This document shows positions 37,932 to 45,569 of a stretch of 64,000 nt of DNA, piece by piece. The notes beneath the pieces were generated by a model. It was not told the DNA's origin, made no database searches, and saw only the letters and a list, made by a program, of their open reading frames with translations. Position 1 is the stretch's first letter; every line of letters begins with the position of its first letter. Origin of the DNA: an uncultured Bacilli bacterium (lineage in GTDB: Bacteria; Bacillota_I; Bacilli_A; ML615J-28; CAG-313); assembly GCA_934133195.1 (NCBI GenBank), contig CAKPAZ010000002.1:13954-77953 (forward strand), read 5' to 3'. Made by a program: the position numbers and the translations under genes.

Positions 37932-40437
37932 TTGTTACTTCTTCCTTTTCGTTTGTTTTTTTATTTTTGAAAGTACCTAAAATAAATATTGAGTTAAATA
38001 TAGCAATTAGTGACACACCAACATCAGAGAATATTGCTACCCATAATGGAAGTGGGAAGGCAGGATTGATTGCTGAAATCATTACTAAGACTTTTATTGA
38101 TAATGAAATTACAATGTTTTGAATTACTTTTCTTCTTGTTACTTTTGCTATTTTTAATAAATCAGGTAATTTACTTAAGTCGTCACTCATGATAACAACA
38201 TCTGATACAGCGATTGTTGCATCACTACCTACTTTACCCATCGCAATTCCAACATCACTTGCCGCAATTGCAGGAGCATCATTGATTCCATCTCCAATGA
38301 ATACTGTACAACCAAGGGTTGCTGATTCACGAATTTCTTCAAGTTTCTTTACTTTTTCATCAGGAAGTAATTCTGAATATACTTTATCAACACCAATTTT
38401 ATTGGCAGTTTCTTCAGCAATTCCTTTCATATCTCCTGTTAAAATATATGTATGTTTAACACCTTGTTTATGTAATTCTTTGATTGCTTCAGTGGCTTCT
38501 TCTCTTATTGAATCACCAATTACAACATATCCAAGATATGTTTTTTCCTTTACAACATATATAATTAAACCATTTTCTTCAATCACTGGTACTTCATATT
38601 TTAAGGAATTCATTAATTTCAAATTACCAACAGTATATTTTGTACCATTTACTAAGGCTTTTGCACCACCGGATAAAGTAGTAAAATCACTAATAATTTC
38701 AGAAAATACATTTTCTCTTCCATAATCTTCAACTATTGACATGCCAATTGGATGATTTGAATAAAATTCAACATAGATTAAATTCTTTAAAATTGTATCT
38801 TCCTTAATGTCTGGTGATGCTGGTACTACCTTTTGAATTTTAAATTCACCTTTTGTTAATGTACCAGTTTTATCAAAGACAATGTTTTCAACTTTATTTA
38901 GCGTTTCAAGATAGTTACTTCCCTTTACAAGAATACCTCTTTTTGAAGCAATACCTATTCCCATAAAGAAACATAGAGGAATTGATATTACTAAGGCACA
39001 AGGACAAGATATTACTAAAAATACCATTGAACGATAAACCCATTCTTGAATTTTTTCTAAGTAATTTACTGATACACTAGGCATTATGTAATTAGTCTCT
39101 ATAAAGTATCCACATACGCCAATGATAATAGCAAGAACTAAAATTATCGGTGTATAATATCTAGAAAATTTAGTAATAAAGTTTTCTGCTTTGGCTTTTG
39201 AGGCTGAAGCATTTTCAACCATATCAAGGATTTTAGTTATCATTGATTCTGAATATGGACGAATTACTTTAATTTCAATTACATCACCCATATTTACTGT
39301 ACCAGCCATTATTACTTCGCCTTTATCGATTTCTCTAACTAATGATTCACCAGTTAGATTTTTCGTATCAAGCATGGCTTTATGATTTAGTAGAATACCA
39401 TCAAGAGGAATCATTTCACCTTTATTAACAACTATCACATCATCAGGTAAAACACTTTCTACCTCAATTTCAATAACTTCATCTTCTTTTTTAATTTTAG
39501 CGTTTTTAATATCAATTTTAAGTAATTCTTCAATTGACTTACGACATTTATTTACTGCTCGATGTTGAAGGTATTCACCTAGTTGGAATAACGCAAGTAC
39601 CATTACTGCTTCTGAGAAATGGTTAGTTGCTATCGCACCGATGCTCGCAATAGTCATTAATGAATTTTCATCAAAGAAACGCCCATGACGAAGATTTTTT
39701 AAAAAGCGAATAATAATTGGATAACCAATAAGTAAATAGGTTACTATTAATAAAACTAGGTGAGCAGTTAAATACCCATTTCCAGTATCAAACACTTCTT
39801 CATGTTCAAATATTTTATGCCAGTTTGCTGGTCTAAATTCAATTAAACATAAGTATGAGAATATATAAGATATCACTCCAAATATAACTGTTAAATCACG
39901 GAAATATTTTTTTGGTTTTTCTTCTTCTTTTAATTCTTCAACTTTTTTGACTTTTTCTGTTACTTCAATTCTTTCATCAACTTTATGAGCTATTTTAGTT
40001 ACAAGCTCAATAATATTGTCCATTTGTTCTTTATTACCACTTTCAATAATGAAACGAAAGCTAGTATAATCAACTAATAGTTTTTCATAATCAAGTTCTC
40101 TTTTTGCGATGGTTTCGATTTTTGTTGCACAGTGTGCACAATCAAGACCATTTAAATATAGTACTCTACGATATACTTCTTTCGCGACAATCTCGTCGAT
40201 TGTTGCTTTTTTCTCATATGTTAAGATGGCATTTGTTATTTGGGTTTTTACCTTCTCAAGTCTAGCTTGAGCTTTTCTTTCATTTTGATCTACACTTACT
40301 TCAATACGTAAAGTGTTTTTTTCTTTATTTATTGTAGCCGATTTAATCCCCTTTATTTTTTTAATTTCATTTAATATTCTTTTATAATTATTACTTTCAA
40401 TTTTTGAAAGTTGAAAATTCTTAATTATTTCAGGCAT
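37921..40437 (-). CDS. heavy-metal translocating P1B-type ATPase (Zn/Cd/Co-type)
   Basis: Motifs seen: HMA motif GLDCAHCATKIE, TM CPC motif (SCPCALVISIPL), DKTGTLT, SNHPIG and GDGINDAP. The start is taken at the ATG 1 nt after the ArsR stop. The track start is 40449. Confidence 0.85.
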   Translation of the reverse strand: MPEIIKNFQLSKIESNNYKRILNEIKKIKGIKSATINKEKNTLRIEVSVDQNERKAQARLEKVKTQITNAILTYEKKATIDEIVAKEVYRRVLYLNGLDCAHCATKIETIAKRELDYEKLLVDYTSFRFIIESGNKEQMDNIIELVTKIAHKVDERIEVTEKVKKVEELKEEEKPKKYFRDLTVIFGVISYIFSYLCLIEFRPANWHKIFEHEEVFDTGNGYLTAHLVLLIVTYLLIGYPIIIRFLKNLRHGRFFDENSLMTIASIGAIATNHFSEAVMVLALFQLGEYLQHRAVNKCRKSIEELLKIDIKNAKIKKEDEVIEIEVESVLPDDVIVVNKGEMIPLDGILLNHKAMLDTKNLTGESLVREIDKGEVIMAGTVNMGDVIEIKVIRPYSESMITKILDMVENASASKAKAENFITKFSRYYTPIILVLAIIIGVCGYFIETNYIMPSVSVNYLEKIQEWVYRSMVFLVISCPCALVISIPLCFFMGIGIASKRGILVKGSNYLETLNKVENIVFDKTGTLTKGEFKIQKVVPASPDIKEDTILKNLIYVEFYSNHPIGMSIVEDYGRENVFSEIISDFTTLSGGAKALVNGTKYTVGNLKLMNSLKYEVPVIEENGLIIYVVKEKTYLGYVVIGDSIREEATEAIKELHKQGVKHTYILTGDMKGIAEETANKIGVDKVYSELLPDEKVKKLEEIRESATLGCTVFIGDGINDAPAIAASDVGIAMGKVGSDATIAVSDVVIMSDDLSKLPDLLKIAKVTRRKVIQNIVISLSIKVLVMISAINPAFPLPLWVAIFSDVGVSLIAIFNSIFILGTFKNKKTNEKEEVTNEK

Positions 40438-40438
40438 T

Positions 40439-40735
40439 TTATTCACCATTTGATGTGTGTACTAATCCTGATTCAATAATGTTTTTAACGTGTTCATCTT
40501 TTAAACTATAATACACAAGTTTACCTTTCTTTTCATTTTTTAATATACCTGATGTTTTCAGTAGACGTAAATGATGAGAAATAGCCGGTTGACTCATTTT
40601 CAAGTATTCTGTTATTTCTGTCACATTTGCTGGATGTTCTAATAAATAAACAACTATTGATAAACGAACAGGATCCCCTAAGATTGCTAACGTATTTGCT
40701 AATCGATCTACTTTTTGGTAGTTCAATATCTGCAT
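40439..40735 (-). CDS. ArsR/SmtB family metalloregulator, Cys-free, alpha5-site (CzrA-like) type
   Basis: 98 aa. The HTH is VTEITEYLKMSQPAISHHLRLLKTSGIL. The C-terminal LKDEHVKNIIESGLVHTSNGE fits a DxH-x10-H-x2-x metal site. The protein contains no cysteine. Confidence 0.8.
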   Translation of the reverse strand: MQILNYQKVDRLANTLAILGDPVRLSIVVYLLEHPANVTEITEYLKMSQPAISHHLRLLKTSGILKNEKKGKLVYYSLKDEHVKNIIESGLVHTSNGE

Positions 40736-40763
40736 TCTTTCACCTTTCTTTCATTCTCATATA

Positions 40764-40817
40764 AGCATATGTTTATATATGCTAAATAATTATACCAAAT
40801 TTAAGGCTTTATTGCAA
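40764..40817 (-). promoter_or_regulatory. promoter (-35 TTGCAA, 17 nt, extended -10 TGGTATAAT) with a 7-6-7 inverted repeat operator just downstream
   Basis: The -35 is at 40812-40817 and the -10 is the complement of 40789-40794. The inverted repeat is AGCATAT (40764-40770) / ATATGCT (40777-40783). This is the typical position for an ArsR-family operator. Confidence 0.6.
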
Positions 40818-40870
40818 TAGAAAGAACTTTTAATACGACAAAATTAACCATAGTTTTTAATTTGTTTAAT

Positions 40871-40910
40871 AAAATAAAAAACTGATATTACATATATAAT
40901 AATATCAGTT
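40871..40910 (-). terminator. rho-independent terminator after the DUF3737-like gene
   Basis: The minus strand reads AACTGATATTA-loop-TAATATCAGTT followed by TTTTATTTT. Confidence 0.8.
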
Positions 40911-40917
40911 TAAATTT

Positions 40918-41772
40918 TTAGTTATTTTCTTTATTATGAAGTATGATTTGTGCTTTGGTTTCATATTTACTATCAACAAGAATTATTTCTGAATTACCAT
41001 CTATGATAATTTGACCAGAAAGAGGATTCTTAACCGAAATCATATCTCCTAATATATGTGCATCTACTTCACTATATTCAAAACTTAAATCAGCATCTTC
41101 CATATAACAGTCAATTAGTTTAAGTCCTTTACAATAACAAAGTGGTTGTGTTCCCTTAATCTTACAATTAACTAAAGTTAAGTTTTCACTGTACCAACCA
41201 AGATATTCCCCAATTATCGTTGAGTTTTTGACTGTTGTGTTTTTAGCATGCCAAAAAGCATCTTTAGTATCTAGAACAGAGTTATCAATTATTAAGTTTT
41301 CAACATATTGAAATGAATATTTTCCCGAAAATTTACAATCATTTAATTTTATATTATGTGATTCAAAGAATGCATATTCACTAACAATACTTGAATTATT
41401 TAAATTTATATTATTACTACGCCATGAAAACTCTGGAGAAATAATATCACTATTATTAATGATAAAATCTTGACATTCACGGATTGCTTTAATACCATGT
41501 AGTTTTGAGTTATCAATTATAGTATTAACAGTATACCACAATGCAGCTCTACAGTTTGGTGTCATTTCAACATCATTTAAATAAAGATTATGAACATGCC
41601 AAAATGGATAACGTAAATCCATGTAGCAAGATTCAACATTAACATTTGTTGATTCTTTTAAGGCTGATTCGCCATCTTCTTCTCCTTCAAAACGACAATT
41701 AATTAATTTAACATCTGATTCATTATATAAAGCTCTTTCACTAGAAAAAGTTTTATTAATTATTTTCTTCAT
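40918..41772 (-). CDS. DUF3737-like right-handed beta-helix protein (cytoplasmic)
   Basis: 284 aa from MKKIINKTFSSERALYNESDVKLINCRF. The sequence has repetitive N..I.NS/C.. turns. The ATG is preceded by AGGAGG. Confidence 0.55.
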   Translation of the reverse strand: MKKIINKTFSSERALYNESDVKLINCRFEGEEDGESALKESTNVNVESCYMDLRYPFWHVHNLYLNDVEMTPNCRAALWYTVNTIIDNSKLHGIKAIRECQDFIINNSDIISPEFSWRSNNINLNNSSIVSEYAFFESHNIKLNDCKFSGKYSFQYVENLIIDNSVLDTKDAFWHAKNTTVKNSTIIGEYLGWYSENLTLVNCKIKGTQPLCYCKGLKLIDCYMEDADLSFEYSEVDAHILGDMISVKNPLSGQIIIDGNSEIILVDSKYETKAQIILHNKENN

Positions 41773-41794
41773 ATTAAACCTCCTAATTTTAGAA

Positions 41795-41839
41795 TGAAAA
41801 AAGTTAGAAAGCATAGGGTAGACCTATAAATTCTAACTA
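41795..41839 (-). terminator. rho-independent terminator directly after the KH-domain gene
   Basis: The minus strand reads AGTTAGAA-(inner ATAGG..CCTAT)-TTCTAACT followed by TTTTTTCATT. The stem starts at the stop codon. Confidence 0.7.
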
Positions 41840-42091
41840 TTCAAGTCCTGTAAATTCAATTGTTACAGATTGATCATTGCGGGTTGCAGCGGCATGAGCT
41901 AAAGTTCTTATAGCACTTGCTACTCGTCCATGTTTTCCTATTACTCTTCCAAGATCAATTGGATCAACTAATACTTCAACAGAAATCTCCCTATCATTAA
42001 TAGTTTCCACTTTAACAACAACTTCTTCTGGGCGACTAACAAGTGGCTTAACTAATTCTTTAACTAAATTTTCATAATTAATTTCAGCCAT
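41837..42091 (-). CDS. ylqC: KH domain RNA-binding protein (UPF0109, YlqC-like)
   Basis: 84 aa. VIGKHGRVASAIRTL is the GxxG KH motif. The gene follows rpsP, its conserved position. Confidence 0.85.
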   Translation of the reverse strand: MAEINYENLVKELVKPLVSRPEEVVVKVETINDREISVEVLVDPIDLGRVIGKHGRVASAIRTLAHAAATRNDQSVTIEFTGLE

Positions 42092-42101
42092 TGTTTATCA
42101 C

Positions 42102-42377
42102 CTATTTTGTAGTAGTGTTTTTATTTGTAAATTTTGCAATGATTCCTTGTTTTGATAATAATGACTTAACTGTATCTGTTGGTTTTGCACCTTTTTCTAA
42201 CCATGATAATACTTTTTCTTCGTCAATTTTAACAGTTGCAGGATTTGTTAGAGGGTTATAAGTTCCTACGATTTCGATGAAACGACCATCACGAGGGTTA
42301 CGTGAATCAGTTACAACGATACGATAAAAAGGACTTTTCTTAGAACCAAATCTTTGAGATCTTAATTTTACAGACAT
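42102..42377 (-). CDS. rpsP: 30S ribosomal protein S16
   Basis: The sequence reads [40 protein letters not shown]. Confidence 0.95.
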   Translation of the reverse strand: MSVKLRSQRFGSKKSPFYRIVVTDSRNPRDGRFIEIVGTYNPLTNPATVKIDEEKVLSWLEKGAKPTDTVKSLLSKQGIIAKFTNKNTTTK

Positions 42378-42411
42378 AATAATTCCTCCTATTTGTAATT
42401 ATTTCTTAAGT

Positions 42412-42457
42412 ATTATATCACAATATTAAATAGGTGTCAAGTATATTGCCTTGACAC
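42412..42457 (-). promoter_or_regulatory. consensus rpsP promoter (-35 TTGACA, 17 nt, extended -10 TGATATAAT) overlapping the terminator hairpin of the upstream gene
   Basis: The minus strand reads GTGTCAAG-gcaatata-CTTGACAC cctatttaatattgtga TATAAT. The -35 is the complement of 42435-42440 and the -10 is the complement of 42412-42417. Confidence 0.65.
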
Positions 42458-42681
42458 TAACTATTTAGATATTTTACAATTCCATTAATAAAATCTACTT
42501 GCTTTCTTAAGTTATCAATTTTATCGTAAGTCGTTAACTTTAAATTTACTTTTACTTCTTTTTCAAAATCATCATATGCATTTGGATGATCATTTAAGAT
42601 AACATACCATTTTGGATGATATCTTAAATATGTTAAATACAAATCATTTTGATAAAGTTTGCTTAAAATTTCTTGTGTCAT
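42457..42681 (-). CDS. YlbE-like small protein
   Basis: 74 aa from the ATG after GGTGGG. The LYLTYLRYHPKWYVILNDHP pattern resembles YlbE family proteins. Confidence 0.5.
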   Translation of the reverse strand: MTQEILSKLYQNDLYLTYLRYHPKWYVILNDHPNAYDDFEKEVKVNLKLTTYDKIDNLRKQVDFINGIVKYLNS

Positions 42682-42683
42682 AA

Positions 42684-43046
42684 TTAATCCCACCAACTAT
42701 TATAATTTGCGTTATAGAGGCTACTTACATTTTTACCTCCAAAACTTTGTGTTATTTGAAGAACCTTTTGCACTGTATTTAGTGTTTTACTTATTGAGTC
42801 TGGGTTAATCTTTTTTACATATCCCCAGATATTTTTTAAGTTTGCTTGTGCTAGTAAGTCTTCAAGTTTTTTGGGTTGTTCAGTAGTTTCTTGTTTTTCA
42901 TACTTTTTCCAAGATTCATCACTTTCTCCTAGAATTACCCAATTTTCATAAATTTGTTGCCATGTTGATGTTCCCTTTTTTACTTCATCTCTTACAAGAG
43001 GATGTTTTGATACAAACTCACGAAATTCATCCATTCTACTTGCCAT
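42684..43046 (-). CDS. YlbD-like (putative spore-coat associated) protein
   Basis: 120 aa. MDEFREFVSKHPLVRDEVKKGTSTWQQIYENWVILGESDESWKKY resembles the YlbD family. Confidence 0.5.
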   Translation of the reverse strand: MASRMDEFREFVSKHPLVRDEVKKGTSTWQQIYENWVILGESDESWKKYEKQETTEQPKKLEDLLAQANLKNIWGYVKKINPDSISKTLNTVQKVLQITQSFGGKNVSSLYNANYNSWWD

Positions 43047-43138
43047 TCTTTCACCCCTATTATAATTTATTACAAATATCTAATTTTGGTGACAAAAAAC
43101 TAGATTAATTCATAATATAAGGTGAAAGGAGGATTACT

Positions 43139-43381
43139 ATGTTTTTCAAAAAGAAAGAGGAACGATATAACAACCCTATGCCAAATCCATATGCACCAAT
43201 GAATAATGGGGTTCCTGGATATATGTATGGGTATCAAGAAGTTGCTCCAAACAATTATGATTTAAGTCGTTTACAATCAGAGATTAACGAATTAAAACGC
43301 TTAAACAATGAAATGTTAAAGCGTGTAAGTAGATTAGAAAACTATTTAGGAATTAGAGGAAATGATAATACTACTTATTAG
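43139..43381 (+). CDS. small Pro/Tyr/Asn-rich protein with a C-terminal coiled coil, unknown family
   Basis: 80 aa with a strong RBS (AAAGGAGG). It has a low-complexity N-terminal half and a heptad segment LSRLQSEINELKRLNNEMLKRVSRLENYL. Confidence 0.55.
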   Translation: MFFKKKEERYNNPMPNPYAPMNNGVPGYMYGYQEVAPNNYDLSRLQSEINELKRLNNEMLKRVSRLENYLGIRGNDNTTY

Positions 43382-43647
43382 TATTTTCCACCACATGATG
43401 TAATTATTTGATAAATCGAGATTCCTGTAACTTTCTCAAAATTTTTATCATATTTTTTTTGTAAAGCAATATTGTTAATAATATTACGATATTCTTTATA
43501 AGCTGTTAATAATTCATCTTTTTTAATCTTTTGATGTTTTGTTCTTTCCATCAAAGAATAAAAATTAAAAATTTTAACTATTTCTTCTGTTGTAAATAAC
43601 TCATAATCTATTTGTAATGCCATTTCGGCTTCATGTTTTTGCTTCAT
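43378..43647 (-). CDS. UPF0223 (YktA-like) protein
   Basis: 89 aa. The pattern TTEEIVKIFNFYSLMERT....ELLTAYKEYRNII......KKYDKNFEKVTGISIYQ matches my memory of UPF0223. Confidence 0.55.
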   Translation of the reverse strand: MKQKHEAEMALQIDYELFTTEEIVKIFNFYSLMERTKHQKIKKDELLTAYKEYRNIINNIALQKKYDKNFEKVTGISIYQIITSCGGKY

Positions 43648-43777
43648 ATTAATCACCCAATACATTTTACCATATTTGTTTAATTTAATAAATTAATTTG
43701 TATTTATAAATTTGGGTAAAGGCATAGACAAAAATGTAAAACGTTCATATTATATAATAACTAAAGGAGGGGAGTTT

Positions 43778-43924
43778 ATGTATCAACCTAATTATGGATT
43801 TAATTGTTGTCAACCAGTTAATACTGGATGTTGTAACACTGGCTGTGGCACAGGAGGTTATGGATATGCTTTAATTCTTGTATTATTCATTCTTCTTGTT
43901 ATCATTGGTACTGCTCGTTGGTAA
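43778..43924 (+). CDS. YjcZ-family small sporulation membrane protein
   Basis: 48 aa from the ATG after AAAGGAGGGG. A Cys/Gly-rich head (CCQPVNTGCCNTGCGTGGYGY) is followed by ALILVLFILLVIIG. Confidence 0.6.
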   Translation: MYQPNYGFNCCQPVNTGCCNTGCGTGGYGYALILVLFILLVIIGTARW

Positions 43925-43934
43925 AAAGATAAAG

Positions 43935-43965
43935 ACTGCTGTTAATCAGCAGTTTTCTTTTTTCT
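43935..43965 (+). terminator. rho-independent terminator after the yjcZ-like gene
   Basis: ACTGCTG-TTAAT-CAGCAGT followed by TTTCTTTTTTC. Confidence 0.8.
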
Positions 43966-44015
43966 TGATTATTCTTATGTTTTTTAGTATAATATATATA
44001 TAATGAGGTGATAAA

Positions 44016-44591
44016 ATGCTCACAATGAAAAACATTATAAGAGAAGGAAATCCTATTTTAAAAGCTAAATCTGTTGATGTAGCACTTCCCTTAAGTGAAG
44101 ATGATGAAAATACTCTTAAATCAATGATTGAATATATATTTAATTCTATCAATCCTGAGATTGCTGAAAAATATAAACTACGCCCAGCAGTTGGAATCGC
44201 TGCTCCACAAGTTGGTAAAAATATTAAAATGCTTGTTATGTATTGTACTGATGAATATGGTAATGAACATTATTATCCAATGGTGAATCCTCGTATTATA
44301 AGTTATTCTGAAGAACTAACTTATCTTGATTGTGGAGAAGGTTGTCTATCTGTTGATCGAGAAACTCATGGATATGTACATCGACCACGTCGTGTTTCTT
44401 TAGAAACTTATCTTTATGACAATGGTGAATTAAAAAAAGTATCACTTCGTCTTAAAGGTTATCCTGCTGTGGTATTTCAACATGAATATGATCATTTAAA
44501 TGGAATCTTGTTTGTTGATCGAATTAACAAAAAAGAACCATTTAAGGTTCCTGAAAATTCACGTCCAATTGTTTTTAAAAATGAAGAATAA
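44016..44591 (+). CDS. def: peptide deformylase
   Basis: Motifs seen: GIAAPQVG, EGCLSV and HEYDHLNG. Confidence 0.95.
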   Translation: MLTMKNIIREGNPILKAKSVDVALPLSEDDENTLKSMIEYIFNSINPEIAEKYKLRPAVGIAAPQVGKNIKMLVMYCTDEYGNEHYYPMVNPRIISYSEELTYLDCGEGCLSVDRETHGYVHRPRRVSLETYLYDNGELKKVSLRLKGYPAVVFQHEYDHLNGILFVDRINKKEPFKVPENSRPIVFKNEE

Positions 44592-44622
44592 AATGAATTG
44601 AGTAATCAATTCATTTTTTCTT
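44591..44622. terminator. bidirectional terminator between def and the Cof-type hydrolase gene
   Basis: AATGAATTG-AGTAAT-CAATTCATT followed by TTTTC. It overlaps the stop codon of the minus-strand gene. Confidence 0.7.
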
Positions 44623-45409
44623 TTAAGATATATTCTTTTATATTCTTCATTAAGCCTTCGTCACTAATATCATATCCAACAATCTTCGCAGCATTCTTAG
44701 CTTTTGTGGTACCATTTCCCATGCAAATTGAAGTACCAACTCTTGTGAACATTACAACATCATTATCTGAATCACCTATTGCGAAAGTATTTTCTAATTT
44801 GTATCCCATTAAATTAATTACTCTTGTTACTCCTTCACCTTTGGTGTGATTTTTTTCAAGCACATCCGCTCCATAGTTTCCCCAATTGATAACTTCTAGT
44901 TCTGGAAAATCATGACGAATTTTTTCATTCTCCTCATTTGAAACAAAAAGCCATAATTGAGAAACACTTATTGTAGAAAGAATATTCATATCTTGAAGTG
45001 GTTCTATTTCCACCTTGATGTATTCCTCAAAATTAGTTTTCATTTCTTGGTTTAGTTGATTATAGTACAAATGATCTTCACAGATTAGAACAATTGGATA
45101 ATTGTTTTTGTTACAATATTTAACAAATCTTTCAAGTATAGTTGATGATATTTTTCCTTGATATATTTTTTTATCATCAATGTAGATTTCTTCACCATTG
45201 GTGAGAACAAAGCCTTTAAAGTTATTAAAATATTTTTTTACGCTACCGATTGTACTAAGTGATCTTCCACTCGCAATATATAAATCATAATCTGGATTGT
45301 TTGCGAGTTGTTTTAATATTTCAATAGTAGTTGGTCGAAAATCCTTAATAGAACTATCATATAATGTTCCATCAATATCTATAAAAATTGCTTTTTTGTT
45401 ATTTAACAT
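44606..45409 (-). CDS. Cof-type HAD-IIB family hydrolase
   Basis: Motifs seen: FIDIDGTL, SGRS and GDSDNDVVMF. Confidence 0.85.
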   Translation of the reverse strand: MLNNKKAIFIDIDGTLYDSSIKDFRPTTIEILKQLANNPDYDLYIASGRSLSTIGSVKKYFNNFKGFVLTNGEEIYIDDKKIYQGKISSTILERFVKYCNKNNYPIVLICEDHLYYNQLNQEMKTNFEEYIKVEIEPLQDMNILSTISVSQLWLFVSNEENEKIRHDFPELEVINWGNYGADVLEKNHTKGEGVTRVINLMGYKLENTFAIGDSDNDVVMFTRVGTSICMGNGTTKAKNAAKIVGYDISDEGLMKNIKEYILKEKMN

Positions 45410-45569
45410 ATCCTTACCTCTTGTAATGATTATACATTATTTTTATTATTTCCGACATTAATGTACTTATAAAAATGTTTTCATATATTTTTTAAGTTTT
45501 TTACTGTAAAATTATTGAAATTTTTGATATAATATATTAGATGAAAAAAGAAAAGAAAGGAGGAAACTA

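Noticed and set aside
43378-43381. Convergent genes 43139-43381 (+) and 43378-43647 (-) overlap by 4 nt at their stop codons, with no terminator between them.
   Set aside because: The observation is real, but this is a common compact arrangement. It has no further structure to interpret from sequence alone.
43946-44152. 68 aa minus-strand ORF opposite the def start. The same reasoning applies to the 83 aa plus-strand ORF at 44598-44849 opposite the Cof hydrolase gene.
   Set aside because: Both are antisense to genes with unmistakable motifs (def EGCLSV/HEYDH; Cof DIDGTL/GDSDND) and both run across terminator hairpins.
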